Source: Mobula hypostoma (taxonomy: Eukaryota). Taken from it: 64,000 nucleotides of DNA. Both the position numbers and the translations under genes were made by a program. Below the pieces are notes generated by a model. That model searched no databases and was not told the origin of the DNA. It saw nothing but the letters and a program-made list of their open reading frames with translations. This document shows, one piece after another, positions 13,851 to 26,519 of the stretch (its first letter is position 1; each line of letters starts with the position of its first letter). The stretch covers positions 36,704,001 through 36,768,000 of the forward strand of contig NC_086106.1 in assembly GCF_963921235.1 (NCBI RefSeq), read 5' to 3'.

Positions 13851-14543
13851 GCCACCATTCAGGGCCCCAAACAGTCCTTCACTTGTGAGTCTGTTGGGGT
13901 CATATATTGCATCCGGTGCTCCCGGTGCGGCCTCCTCTACATCGGTGAAACACGACGCAGATTGGGACCCGTTCGTCGAGCACCTCCGCTCCATCTGCCA
14001 CAACAGACAGGATCTCCCGGTTGCCACCCACTTCAACTCTGCTTCACATTCCCATTCGGAGATGTCCATAAATGCCTCGTCTACTGCCATGATGAGGCTA
14101 AACTCAGGTTGGAGGAGCAATACCTCATATACCGTCTGGGTAGTCTCCAGCCCCTTGGTATGAATATTGAATTCTCCAGCTTCCGGTAATTCCCACCCCC
14201 TCCCTTCCCCCATGCTAGTTTCACTCTTCCCACTCCCCCAGCTGCCTATCAGCTCCCTCATAGTTCTGCTTCCTTCTACTACTCATTGTGCTTTCCCCTA
14301 TTCCTTCTTCGCCTTTCCTGCCTATCCCCTCCTTGCTTCCCCTCTCCCACCCCATCATCTTTCCCCTTACTGGTTTTTCACCTGGCACCAACCAGCCTTT
14401 CCCTTCCCACCCTCCCCCCACATTATTTATAGGGCTCCTGCCCCCTCCTTCTTCAGTCCTGATTAAGGGTTCCGGCCCGAAACGTTGACTGTTCTTTTCC
14501 ACGGATGCTGCCCGACCTGCTGAGTTCCTCCAGCGTGTTGTGA
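13851..14543 (+). mobile_element. Penelope-like retroelement 3' part (GIY-YIG endonuclease remnant)
   Basis: Encodes TCESVGVIYCIRCSRCGLLYIGETRRRL...FVEHLRS...PVATHFN; TSD GTGATATAT at 13840-13848 and 14544-14552; empty site at ~50467 in the duplicate. Confidence 0.88.
14454..14491 (+). ncRNA. Minimal type I hammerhead ribozyme motif (G8 mutated) within the Penelope element
   Basis: CAGTC-CTGATTA-A-GGGT-TCCG-GCCC-GAAA-CGTT-GACTG: stem I CAGTC/GACTG, stem II GGGT/GCCC, GAAA core. Confidence 0.7.
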
Positions 14544-14911
14544 GTGATATATTCGAATGCACGCAGTATACCAAATAAGCTGGCAGCTGAACGTCCAACG
14601 ATGCATATTTTATCGATAGGACAGACAATTAAGCCAAAGGAGGGGGTGGGTCTGTTGGTTAAAAAAAAAGAGAAATCAAATTAAGAGAAAGAGAAGGCAT
14701 AGGATTCTAAGGGGTATAATCGCTAATAAAATGTAAGTGTAAAAGATCCTGATGTGAATTATATACAGACTTCCAAATAGCAGTAACGATGTGGCTACAA
14801 ATAACTACGGAGATAGAAAATGCATCTCAAAAGAGCAATGTTACAATAGTCATGGGGGATTTCAATATGCTGGTCGATTGTGTGGGTGGGGGGGGGGGTG
14901 GTGCGGGGGAA

Positions 14912-15805
14912 TGAAGATGACGCCAGTGAACAATGTAACCAAGGGCGTCATCCTCCAGCTGGTGCAAAGAACTACTTTCAGTTCTTTCATAACCTCTTCG
15001 GCTTTCACGTTTGGTTCTGCTATTGTGGGACCTGTGATCTACATTTTGGTGGCGTGTTTTCGGGCTCAATGGACGATGTGGCACTTTGCAGTCTCCGAGC
15101 GTGTCCTGTGAGGTTTCGAGTGAAATGTGCGGACAGGAATCCAAGGACCCTGGAGAGAGAGCGCAATCTCTTGATTAACTCCATTTCTCTCTGATCTAGC
15201 TGATAAAAGCGTCGAGAAAATCTGAAATAATAGAGGCGAGAGCGGTAGGCGAGCTGTCTACCAGCCTCTCGCTCGCTGATGCTGGCGGATGGTGTCTATA
15301 TGTGGCGGTCTCTGTTTCCATCTCGCTTGCTGCTCCCTCAGGAATATCTCTGCGTTCGAATGGTACCTTTCTCCCTCGATGCTGTCAGAGGATGCTGCCT
15401 GAATTCTGGTCTTGGAAAAGGTTTAATCGGCGCAGTTTATGGATTGGACACTGGTTTGTGATGTGATGTGCTTCTGGTTTCTGGTCACTCATTATTTTGT
15501 TGTTGTTGTTGCTCGATTTTGATTAAGGCAGCCTGTGGCCTGTGGCCTGCAGTGGATTGGGATGGGCTGAACTGAGTTGAATGCGCTTGTGCTCCTTCAA
15601 TTACCTTTCTGGGTTGCTGTTTTACGTAAGGTATTTTCAGCTTGTTTGTTTATGTTTTTGCCGTTTGCACTTCGGGTATTGGTGTTTTTCTTTGAACCAG
15701 TTCCAAGTATTTTTTAGTTTTTTTCGTGACTTTCTGTGGGAAGACGAATCTCAAGGTTGTATACCACATACATACTTTCATAATAAATGTGCTTTGATTG
15801 GTTGA
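14912..15805 (+). mobile_element. ~0.9-kb non-coding retroposon (copies at 50900-51810 +, ~31600-32420 -, and a diverged one at ~25540-26300)
   Basis: Interrupts CR1 ORF2; starts aagatgacgcc and ends gggaagacgaatctcaagg...aataaa; the same blocks recur in the other copies. Confidence 0.65.
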
Positions 15806-18057
15806 ATCAAGTTGGTACTGGATCCCAAGAGAGGAAATTTTATAGAATGCCGACAAGATGTCGTTTTGGAGCAACTCGTGGTTGAGCCCACATGGGGACC
15901 AGCTACTCTAGATTGAGTGTTGCACAATGAATTTGGAATTGAATAGAGAACTTAAGTAAAGGAAGTTTTTGGAAGCAGTGATCATAATATGATGGAATTC
16001 ACTCTGCAATTTCAGAAGGAGAAGCCAAAGTCAGAAGTATCAATATTAAAGAGTATTAAAAAGGAAATACAGAGCCATGGGAGAGGATTAGGATTTACCG
16101 GAAAGGAAAACTCACAAGGGTTTACAACAATGTCTGAAATACCTGGGATAAATAAGGAAAGGGTAAAATAAATTTATCCCAACAAAGAAGTATTCTAAAT
16201 GCAGGATAATGTAACTGTGGATGCCAAGAAAAGTCAAAGCCAACATAAAAGCTAAACAGTGGCATATAATAGAGCAAAAATTAGTGGTAAGTTAGAGGAC
16301 TAGGACCCTTTTAAAAACCAACACTACGCTACTAAAAGTGTCATAAAGATGGAAAAGATGGAATACAAAGATAAGATAGCCAATAACATTAAAAGGGATA
16401 CCGAACGTTTCTGCATATGTATAAAATGTAACGATGAGGCAAGAGTAGATAGTGAACCACTGAAAACTGATGCTGGAGAGGTGACAATAGGGTAGTAAGA
16501 AGTGGCAGCCTAACTGAAAAAGTATTTTGAATCAGTCTCCACTGTGGAAGGCACCAGAAGCTTGCTGGAAGTTCCATAGTGTCAGGGGTCAGAGGTGTGT
16601 GAAGTTGCCATTACTAGGGAGAAGGTGCTTGGGTAACTGAAAGGTCTGAAGGTAAATAAGTCACCTGGACTGGATGGTCTACATCCCAGGTTTCTGAAAG
16701 GGGTAGCTGCAGAGATTGTGGAGGCATTAGTAATGATCCTACAAGAATCAATGGATCCTGGCGTGGTTTCAGACTACTGCAAATTACAAGTGTCACTTCA
16801 CTCAACCCTTTAGAAAAAGAGAGGGACAGAAGGCATTTGACAACATGCCACACATGAGGCTGCTTATCAAGTTAAAAGCCCAGCGTATTACAGGAAAGAT
16901 TCTGGCATGGATTGAGCACTGGCTGATTGACAGGAGGCAACGAGTGGAAATAAAGGCAGCCCTTTCTGGTTGCCTGCCAATGACCAGTGGTTTTCCAAGG
17001 GAGTCTTTATGGGGACCACTTTTTGTGTTTTATGACAATGATTTGGACGACGGAATTGATGGTTTGTTGCCGGGTTTGTGGACGATAAAGGATAGGTGGA
17101 GGAGTAGGTAAATTTCAGGAAGCAGAGTGGCTACAGAAGGATTTAGACGGATGGGGAGAATGGACAATGAAATGGTAGATGACATGCAGCGTCGGTAAAT
17201 GAGTGGTCATTCACATTGGTAGAAGGAATAAAAGTGTGGATTAATTTCTAAATTGAGAGAAACTTCAAAAATCTGAGGTGCAAAGGGACCTAGGGAGAGG
17301 TCCTTATGCAGGATTCCCTCAAGGTTAATTTGCAGGTTGATTCAGTGGTGAGGAAGCCAAATGCAATGTTAGCACTCATTTCAAGAGGACAAGAATATAA
17401 AAGCAAGGATGTAATGTTGGAGGCTTTATAAGGCATAGATACGGTCTCACTTGGAGTATTGTGAGCAGTATTGGGCCCCTTATCTCAGAAGCGATGTGCT
17501 GACATTTGAAAGCGTTTGAAGGAGATTCACTAAAATGATTCCTGGATTGAAAAGCTTATCTGAGAAGCGTTTGATAGCCCTAAAACTCTACAAACTGGAA
17601 TTCAGAAAATTGGAGGGCTGGCTGGGAATCTCCTTGACACCTGTCGAATGTAGAAAGGCCTCCATGAAGTGGATGTGGAGAGTATGTATCCTATGGTGGG
17701 GTGCTGTAAAAAAAATATGACAGAGCCCTGGATTAGAGGGTCGTCTATTCATTACGGAGATGAGGAGGAATTCCTTTAGAAAGAGAGTGGTGTACCTGCC
17801 GGTTTCTTACCACCAACCGCAGTGAAGGCCAGTTCTTTCGGTAGAGGCAGAGGTAGTTTCTTGATAGCCAGAGCACAACGGAATGCTGGGAGGAGGCAGG
17901 GGATCGGAGTAGAGATGCAACAGGATCAACTATGATGAAATCTGTTTTCACTTTGACACCAAATTTTTTTTTTGTTTTTGTTAATCAGTGTCAAAAAAGT
18001 CAAATTAAATCCACTGTGATTCAATTTTGTAAAACAATAAAACATTTATATATTTAC

Positions 18058-18132
18058 AGACAGAGAGAGACAGAGAGAGGGGAGGCGAGAGAGAGCGAGA
18101 GAGGGATAGACAGAGAGAGAGTAGAAAGAGAG
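18058..18132. repeat. GA-rich microsatellite (paralogs ~38150-38216 and ~55258-55340)
   Basis: Direct reading; it sits at the same place downstream of each A gene. Confidence 0.85.
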
Positions 18133-19004
18133 TTGCACATGTTTGTGTATATCGAATAAGTTAGGGTTAGAGACAGTGTCATTTTGAAGGCTACCAAGCA
18201 AAGGATAAATTTTTATATACTGTAGTAAACACAAAGTGATAACGTGAGAATGGAGAATGGAGACGGAAATAGGGCAGTAAGAGATTGTGCAAATATCGAG
18301 ACTGATTGGGGGTATCGGGGATCAAGAGAAGGATGGGTAGCGAAGAGGGAACAGAAGACAGGGATAGATGTACACGATCACGCCGAACAATGTGAGTACA
18401 TTTGTTCTGGAAATTTCCCATTCCCGTTTAGACAATTGTCTCTGCAGCTTCTTGCACTGTTACCACAAAACACAATGCAAGATGAGAAGCGCCAACTCCA
18501 TCTTCAGCCTGGGGTCATTGCAGCCTTCCAGATTTAATTTTGAATGCTCCCAACTCACACATTTTTGTAAAATTCATCTGAATTTGACTTTTCTGCCTGC
18601 CACTAATTTAGTTCTGTTATTTGTTTTCCCCTATCCCGTCCGCTTACCAGGAAACATAATGTGCTTCTAACGGACTTTCGGACGGAGTTACCCGATCCGA
18701 AGTATTCCCTCGGTTCTACTGTACTCTGCAAAATTTTCTGCTGTTTGACAGTAAATTGCTTTCATTTTCCTACAGTTCCGCTGAAGAGTCTCGGAACTGA
18801 AATCTTGATTATCTTTCCTCAGTTGCCGGCTTATACGATGTGTGCTTCCAGTATTTTCTGCTTGTATTAAGTCGCAGCCGAGAAAGCTCAAATTATTTGA
18901 AATTCAGGTGAATAATAACTGCAGTAATAAAGTTTTTGGACTTAGAATAGTTGCACAGATACTTCTGTTGAAAAGAGTATTAATTCAGATTTAGACTTTA
19001 ATTA

Positions 19005-19903
19005 TTACGCTATTCTACATATTATATTGAGTGGAAATATCACTGCGTTCTTTAACTGCTTTCTGAAACTACTTTGAGTTACCGCGTATATAAAGGTATT
19101 AGTACAAGAATTCAATAACTGAAGCATACAAGCACTTTCTTGTAAAATAAATTTGGGATCGTTGTAGCCGGCAATTTGATAATTATTCGTAAATCGCTTA
19201 TTACAAAATTGTACAACATTTGTCATCCACAAGAGGATGAAACTACCCGAGATAGTAAACAGTAAAACGATGGATTTCCTCCGGTTGTCGATCTCTGGGT
19301 CACCTTGTTTCTCTCCATTGCCATGCACACGAAGCCTCCTGCGAGCTTTACTAGCTACTAGGATGTACCTGACGGTCAGAGCATTGAACAGGAGTATCAG
19401 GAAGAACGGAGCGAACGGGGTCAAAATACGGTCGAACCAGTCGAATGCTCTCCACAAGGCAGAAGTATAACGGATTTCCTTCTCTTTTCAATACCAGGGA
19501 ACGTCATTAACCAGAAACATTGGTTCGTGCATAAAATACCAGGGTACGCTTTTCAAACATCCCAAAACACTAATCGTTCCTATAACCACAACCGCCGTCT
19601 TCTCGGTGCAGTATTTTGTTTTCAGCTTTTGGCAGCAAATGGCCACAAATCGATCAAAAGTGAAAGCGACTGTCAACCAAACGGAGCTGTCTTTGGACAT
19701 AGAAATTAAAGCAATGGAGAGACTACATACGGGTGTAATGGATAGAAAGCTATTCGGGAAATAAATACCGGGAATCCTATTTAATAAAACAGCCGTGATA
19801 ATAACTAGGAGATCGGTCGCCGCCATTGAGACCAGATACTTCGTTATACACCGGGAGAGACCACATCTTCCTTTGCAAAGGATCACAATCGCCATTAAGT
19901 TAG
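19005..19903 (-). pseudogene. GPR139-like GPCR A1 pseudogene (exon 2 only, in-frame stop)
   Basis: 899 nt, colinear with A3 exon 2. TGA at 19488-19490 replaces the ECL2 Cys codon. Intron homology with A3 stops at ~20340, and no exon 1 or TATA box follows. Confidence 0.85.
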
Positions 19904-22253
19904 CTACAATAAAGAAGGGAAAGACAGAGTAGTATGATGTGGAATAAACACCTCAATGATATAGTGCAATGATAAAAATATTGCTCAAAGATACAAATAT
20001 CAGCGGTGTAGACGCTGGCGAAAGAAATAAAGCGTTTACATTTATAATGATATGCACAACGATTAATAACGTCGATGTTAAATACATCAACCTCGTCAGT
20101 TTTCCATGTTCAATAACCCGCATAGTCAATACTCTTTATTCTACTGCCATTTAAGGAATTCAGAAATAGCGGTGTGGGGTTGCGGGATGGTCGTTTGGAT
20201 TGTGCAGGGAGAGGATAGACAGAAATTTGTTAATGAAATAAAATCAGTCGGATAACATGTGTTTTACAAGTTAATTGCGAGTCACAATTCCTAAACGAAC
20301 TTCCATACGATATAGAATATAAAATTTCATTATTATAACGTAGATTCTGGAAATCTTAAACAGCGCACAAAATGCTGAAGTAACTCAGAAATCAGGCAGC
20401 ATCTAAACAGTCAACGTTAGGGCTGAAACCCTTCGTTAGGACTGAAAAGGAAGGGGTGAGTGAGGAGTACAAGCTGTAGCTGTTAGGTGAGCCCTGCTGA
20501 GAACGCAGATGGATGCGTGGGGAGGCTGGATGAAGTACGAAACTAGGAAGTGATAGGTAGGAAAGGTAAACAGCCGAAGAAGGATTCTGCTATGAGAGGA
20601 TAGTGGACCATGGGCGAAAGGGAAGGAGGATGTGATGGCCAAGTGAGGGGAAGACCAGGGGTGAGAGGGTTAGTAGAACGAGGAACGGTGTTAATATTCC
20701 AAACTGAGCTTTGTCTCATCATGCCAGTAGAGAGGCCATGGTTAGAATGGGAAAGGAAAGTCAAACTGAAATAGGTAGCCACCCTCAGATACTGTGCTTT
20801 GAGGCGGACAGATCAAAAGTGTTCGACGAAGCGATTCTGGAAGGAACATCTTATTTTCTAGTGTACTGAATCTGGTCGCCTCGCAATGTAGAACGGCGAC
20901 TGACCCGGTGGTTTGCTTTGTTGTTGCCATGGGCGAAAGGGAAGGAGGATGTGATGGCAGAATCCTTCTTCGACTTTGTTCTATCTGATCTAGAAGAAAA
21001 GTAAAATCCACGTAAATCGTATGCATAAATCTATGATCAATAACTTTATCTAATTCTGATACTGTTAAAAGTGTCCTGCTCTCTGCGGTGGCATAATTTC
21101 GCATCACTCCATCGTGTTCCCCTTCAGCATACAGTGCTCTGGGAAAATCAGACATCGCCTCTGCCATCTCTCCTCAGGTAACTTATTGGTGAATCTCCTC
21201 TCACCGCTACCATCACTATATCATACTTTCCATGATGTGGTGCTCAGAACATCTCGTAGATCGACATAAATCTGAACAATGATTAATTAGGTTAAACCAT
21301 AATCTCTCTGCTATTATATGGAGAGCCCCGGCTAATGAAAACCAGTATCCCATATTGCTTCTGAGCAAATTCATCGACCTGCCTCTGCCCTCATAATTCA
21401 TGCATGTAAATACGTTTTCTCGTTCGTCATCTCATATTTATCTGGATTAATCTCTATCGGCTGGTTCTCATCTTATTAGCCAAGTCAATGGCATTACTTC
21501 GTACCTTATTTTAGACTTATTTTACCGTAATATGTAAACGCTGCTGGATCGGCACCGCGGAAGTATCGAGTGTGACAATTTAACTAAATTAGAAAGAGCG
21601 CAGTGTTCTTTAAATTAATCATTTCACAAGATGACTGTCAGCAGATATGTAAACCTGAATGGCCAGTGCTTATTCAGACCACGGCACTTCCGATGAACGT
21701 AATGGGAAGGCTGATTTCAGTACCAATACATTGAATTGGGTAAATCATTCGAGTCAATTAGGTTGGTAGCGCAAACGTGGTGGATTGTGGGGAAGAGTTA
21801 ACCAATACCAAATATGGCTTATGTACTTATGCACGGCAAAAGACAAGAAAGGCCCAATTGTGATGTGATTGCTGTACATACATTCGGAGGTGATTGATTT
21901 ATTACTGATGTGAGAAAATGGAGAATAACAGTGGCAGAGAATGAGGTGGGAAATCTTCTTTACTGTTCACCGACAATTCCTGGCAGATCATGGATAGCCT
22001 TGAGCTAATACGAAGGAAGGGGGGGGGGGGGAACCAAGATGAAAATCAATGCTGCACTGAGTGAAGATCCAACATGTGACTGTTCATTGTTTAACTGAAT
22101 TGAGCTATTTAAAGTAAAGCATCCGAAATAACGTTCTAGATTTAATTTTGTTTTCCCTCTGTGAGATTTGCGGAAACTGTTATGTTTTTGTGCTTTGCAC
22201 AGATGCAGCAACATCTAAAGTTACTAATATCGACGTTTCTTTCTTTTAAATAG

Positions 22254-23170
22254 GTAATCTAACGACAATTGTGATCCTGTCCCGCGGAAGATGCGGTCTT
22301 TCTAGATGTATTACTCGATACTTGGTGGGGATGGCAGTGACGGATCTCCTGGTTCTTATCATAGCGGTTATATTAAACCGGATGAGTGTCATTTACCTCC
22401 CGGTATTTTTCCACTCCATCACACCTGTGTGTAGCCTAAAAATAGCTCTGATATACGCCGCTAGAGATAGCTCAGTTTGGTTAACGGTCGCTTTCACCTT
22501 TGATCGCTTTGTAGCGATTTGCTGCCAGAACTGGAAAACAAAACATCGCACGGAGAGAATGGCACGTATGGTTATCGCAGCCGTCTGTGCTGTGAGCTGT
22601 GTGAAAAACATACCATGGTACTTTGTTTATGAACCTTTATATATAATTGACGGTGACCCGTGGTTCTGCAACATTAAATCAAGTTTTTATTCGGAACTAT
22701 TCTGGGCAGCTTTTGATTGGATTGACCGCATTTTAAACCCCTGTGCCCCATTCCTCGTGATGTTGTTACTCAATGCATTGACTGTCAGAAACATTCTCGT
22801 GGCGAACAGAGCCCGCCGGAGACTCCGGGTCCAGAATACTGGAGACAGGCAAAACGATCCGGAGATGGAGAGCCGAAGAAAGTCAATCGTTTTACTCTTC
22901 ACCATCTCTGGAAGTTTTTTGGTATTATGGACACTGTATGTCGTACATTTCTTTCACGTGAGATTTACAATCAATAGTTATTCGACAGACTCGAATCTCA
23001 ACGACCCCTGGTTTATTCTTCAAGAAACAGGAAATATGTCGCAGCTTCTGAGCTGCTGCACAAACACTTGTATTTACGCGGGTACTCAAACGAAATTCAG
23101 AGAGGAATTCATAAATGGTTTGAAATATCCGTTGATTCGAATTAGGAAACAGCTGAGATCACGATCATAG
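22254..23170 (+). pseudogene. GPR139-like GPCR B1: open exon 2, with exon 1 and promoter deleted (probable pseudogene or orphan exon)
   Basis: Intact acceptor and ORF; 14 nt differences from B2 exon 2 by manual alignment. At ~22184 the sequence jumps from the B2-equivalent of ~61743 to ~62647, removing ~0.9 kb that includes the TATA box, exon 1 and donor. Confidence 0.75.
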
Positions 23171-24089
23171 AAGGTGAGTTTGCCTTCGAGATCAGTTCTG
23201 ATTTTTCATGCATCCGCTCACAAATAGGCCACGCGTGTTCCCATCTGTGTATCTATCTCGGATGTAGTCTTTCTGATTCGTGGAACTAACCTTTGCTGAC
23301 AGATATCGACGGTCTGTTACTCATTGTGGCTGGCAAAAACACTCTCATTGCCAATGAAGCGCGCTGGACACCTTGGGTTCATCGTGATGGAGAGACGCAC
23401 GGACCTTTTTCTGAATTCATTTATTTTTTAAAAAAGGAAAACTCTCCCCGGGGCTCACCGAATTGGTCTAGAAATGATAGATTCCCCAGCAGGAGTATGA
23501 TGGATCAATGATGACCATCATAATGTAGGGATCAGCCATTTAGGACCGCAAAAAGCTATATAAAAATAGCCCTGGATTGGTGACACTTCGGAATTCTCTT
23601 TCTAAGAGGACAGTGGTGCCTCGGTTACAAGTACAACAGAATTTTGAATAATAATTAATGCGGGTTTTACGGAGAGTTTTTGGAGGTAAATGGAATAGCT
23701 CTGATGATACCTGATCTCATTAAATAGCAGAGGAGACATGACTGGCCAAATGGTCTCTTGATATATTCAAATATTATGTTAGTAATCCACACTGGGATTG
23801 CAGAGGAAAAATATAATGATCGCTGCTTGTTTTAGAAGTATCAGACCCACATAGTCTGTAATTCGCTCGGAATATTACTCGGAAATAGCAACACGTGCTC
23901 CATGCTCTACTTACGCCACGGACGCTCCACCCTCCACGAACGTTCCCAGCCCAAAACAGGTTGCTATCGTCCAGTAAGGCTTATATCCACCTGTGCTCAA
24001 GTGTTCTGACAGATTGATGATGAACCATATCAACTCCTTCCTGACAACAGATTTAGAACCGCTTCCACAGTTATTTCGAATTGGCAAGA

Positions 24090-25137
24090 ACATCTCCTGG
24101 ACAGTCTCCATCAGCCTAAGGCTGCGTGCTTAGCCCCCCTGATCTACTCGCGTTATACTTCTGACTGTGCGGCTGTGTGACTGTGTGACTGTGTCGGCCG
24201 AATCAAAACTGATGACGAATCAGCATATAGCATGGAGAATGACAATCTGGCTGAGTGGTGTCACGAAAACAACTTCTTACTCGTTGATAGAAAGACCAAG
24301 GAGCTGATTTTTGACTTCAAGATGAGGATGCCAACGTTCATGAGCCAGTTCTCATCGAAGGATCAGAGGCGGAGAGGTCAGTAACTTTAAATTCCTCATT
24401 TCCTAGGACCTGCCTGGGGTGCTGCAATGCGGAGGGAGCACGACAGTACCTCTACTTCCTTAAGTGTTTGTGAGATTCGGCATGACATCTAAAAGTTTGA
24501 CAAACTTCTATAGATGTATAGTGAAGAGTATCACAGCCTGTTGTCGAAACACCAATGTTCTTGAATTTCAAATCCTATAAAAAGGCAATGATACGGCCGT
24601 GTCCATCACGGATAAAACCCTCCCCCCATTTCTCACATGTACACGGAGCGTTTTCGCAGGAAAGCAGTATCCATCATCAGCGACACCCACCACCCAGGTC
24701 ATGCTCCCTTTTTGCGGCTGCCACCAGGAAGGTGCGGGAGAATTAGGACTCAAACAAACAGGTTCAGGAACATTTCTTACCCCTCAACCATCAGGCTTTT
24801 GAACCAAAGGGGATAACTTCATTCAACTTCACTTGCCCCATTACTGGAATAGCCCTGTAACCTATGGACTTATTTTCAAGGACTCTGAATTTATGTTCTC
24901 AATAGTTATTGTTTGTTTCTTTATTTATTTATTATTATTATTTCTTTCTTTTTCTATTTGTAGAGTTTGATGTCTTTTGCACACTGATTGAACACCCAAT
25001 TTTTGTGGTCTACACTTGGTTCTATTGTGGTTATTATTCTATTATGTATTTGTTGAGTATGCCAGAAAACAATGAACGCAAGAGTTATTATTGTGACATA
25101 CACACATCTACCTTGATGATAAATTTACTTTGAACTT
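24090..25137 (+). mobile_element. Degenerate Rex1/Babar LINE 3' portion
   Basis: Decayed RT segments (ggctgcgtgcttagcccc; aagaccaaggagctgatt, KTKELI) and the tail ataaatttactttgaacttt. Confidence 0.6.
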
Positions 25138-26519
25138 TATGGTTGCTGATCGATAAATAACAAGAGGTGACCTGATCTTGTATACAAGATGATAAAATGC
25201 ACAGATCGAGTGGATAAGAAAAAGACTTTTTCCCAGGGCGCAAATAGCTTATTCGAGGGGGTATAATTTTAATGGGATTGGTTGAAAGTATTGGAAGGAG
25301 GCCAGAGATAAGCTGTTTACACAGACGTTTGTGAGTGTTGGAATGCCCTGCAACAGGAGGTGATAGAGGCAGCTACATTATAGTCATTTAATGAAGTCTT
25401 AGATGGGTACAATGATGATAAACATCTGGATGGCTATATTGGGGGAAAGAGTTAAATTGATCTTAGAGTAGGCTACAACATCGGTATAACATTGCAACAT
25501 TGTGGGCCGTAGGTCCTGTACTGTGCTAAGTATTGCCTTTATTTGTCGAAGAATTCAGCTCAAGTATCACGATTCTCTGCTGGCGCCTGCGTACGAAGCT
25601 CCCGCTGTCGATCTCTTCTGAATAAACACGAAACTATGTATTTCACTTCTTTTATGTCTTTTATGTCTGCTTTTCGTATTGAATGCATTTCTCGGATTGT
25701 AGGAGACTGTGATTTACAGTTTGGAGATTGTTTAGGTCATCCAGCATTTTGCGGTGTCAGAGAGGCTTCCGGGAGGCAGCGAGCCTCGAGGTGAGATGGC
25801 TGTGGAGGTTGCGGGGTGGGGTGCGGAGCGGGTGTTTGACTACACTTCGCTGAAGAAAGCTGCCATTGTTTGCCGATTAAAGCGACGAGGTAGATTGAAA
25901 CATCGAGCCGAATGTTGAATGTGACCGCGGTGTGCCTGCCTTCTGATCGCTGGTGGGATCACTTTTCTGCCGGAGAGAGGAGCCTGTGTGGCCTGCTGCT
26001 TTGTCCGGAGAATAGTACCGAGGTTTTATGCGTTTTGGATATGGATATGAATATTTATTTGGACCATGGTCTATGGACTGCCTTCAGTCATGTTTTTTAT
26101 ATATTTTCTGTGCTTTTCGCCCGTTATTTTTCGTTTTTTTTGTGCGGCGGTGGGCGTTTGGGGAACGATGTTCTTGTTGCGTTTCAGGCGGGGGTGGGGG
26201 TTTAGAGGTTGCTGATTCTGTGGCCGTTCTTGTTTCCTTGGTTTCGTGGCTATCTGGGCAAGAAGAATCTCAGAGTTGTATACTTTGATAATAAATCAAT
26301 TTTTGAGATCCTTTGAGCTTCATGCAGCCGTAGTAGGCATCATCTGTAATATCACATTCACTTCTGATTGTCCCATTATAGTTGAGATGTGGAAACTTTG
26401 AGTGGATGCAGAAGTTTACCGGGAAGCAGTATAGATTAGAGGATATATGAAAAAGCTAAAGGTTGGACAAGTGATGTATTCTCTTGATGGAACTTTATAA
26501 GATAATGAGGAGCATATGC

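Larger units (their letters stand above)
12590..17930 (+). mobile_element. Old near-full-length CR1 (ORF1 esterase-like remnant plus decayed ORF2) with nested insertions; paralog at ~49200-55110
   Basis: ORF1 motif AVVIGDSMV; endonuclease and RT remnants; colinear with the duplicate in the A3 unit. Confidence 0.8.
12147..23550. repeat. Segmental duplication unit 1, paralogous to 44990-64000 and partly to 38147-43320
   Basis: Colinear order: old CR1, (GA)n, A gene, spacer, B gene. Confidence 0.85.

Noticed and set aside
19488-19490. In-frame TGA at the conserved ECL2 Cys as possible selenocysteine or readthrough
   Set aside because: A single C-to-A change explains it; A1 also lacks exon 1 and a promoter, and I could not recognise a SECIS.
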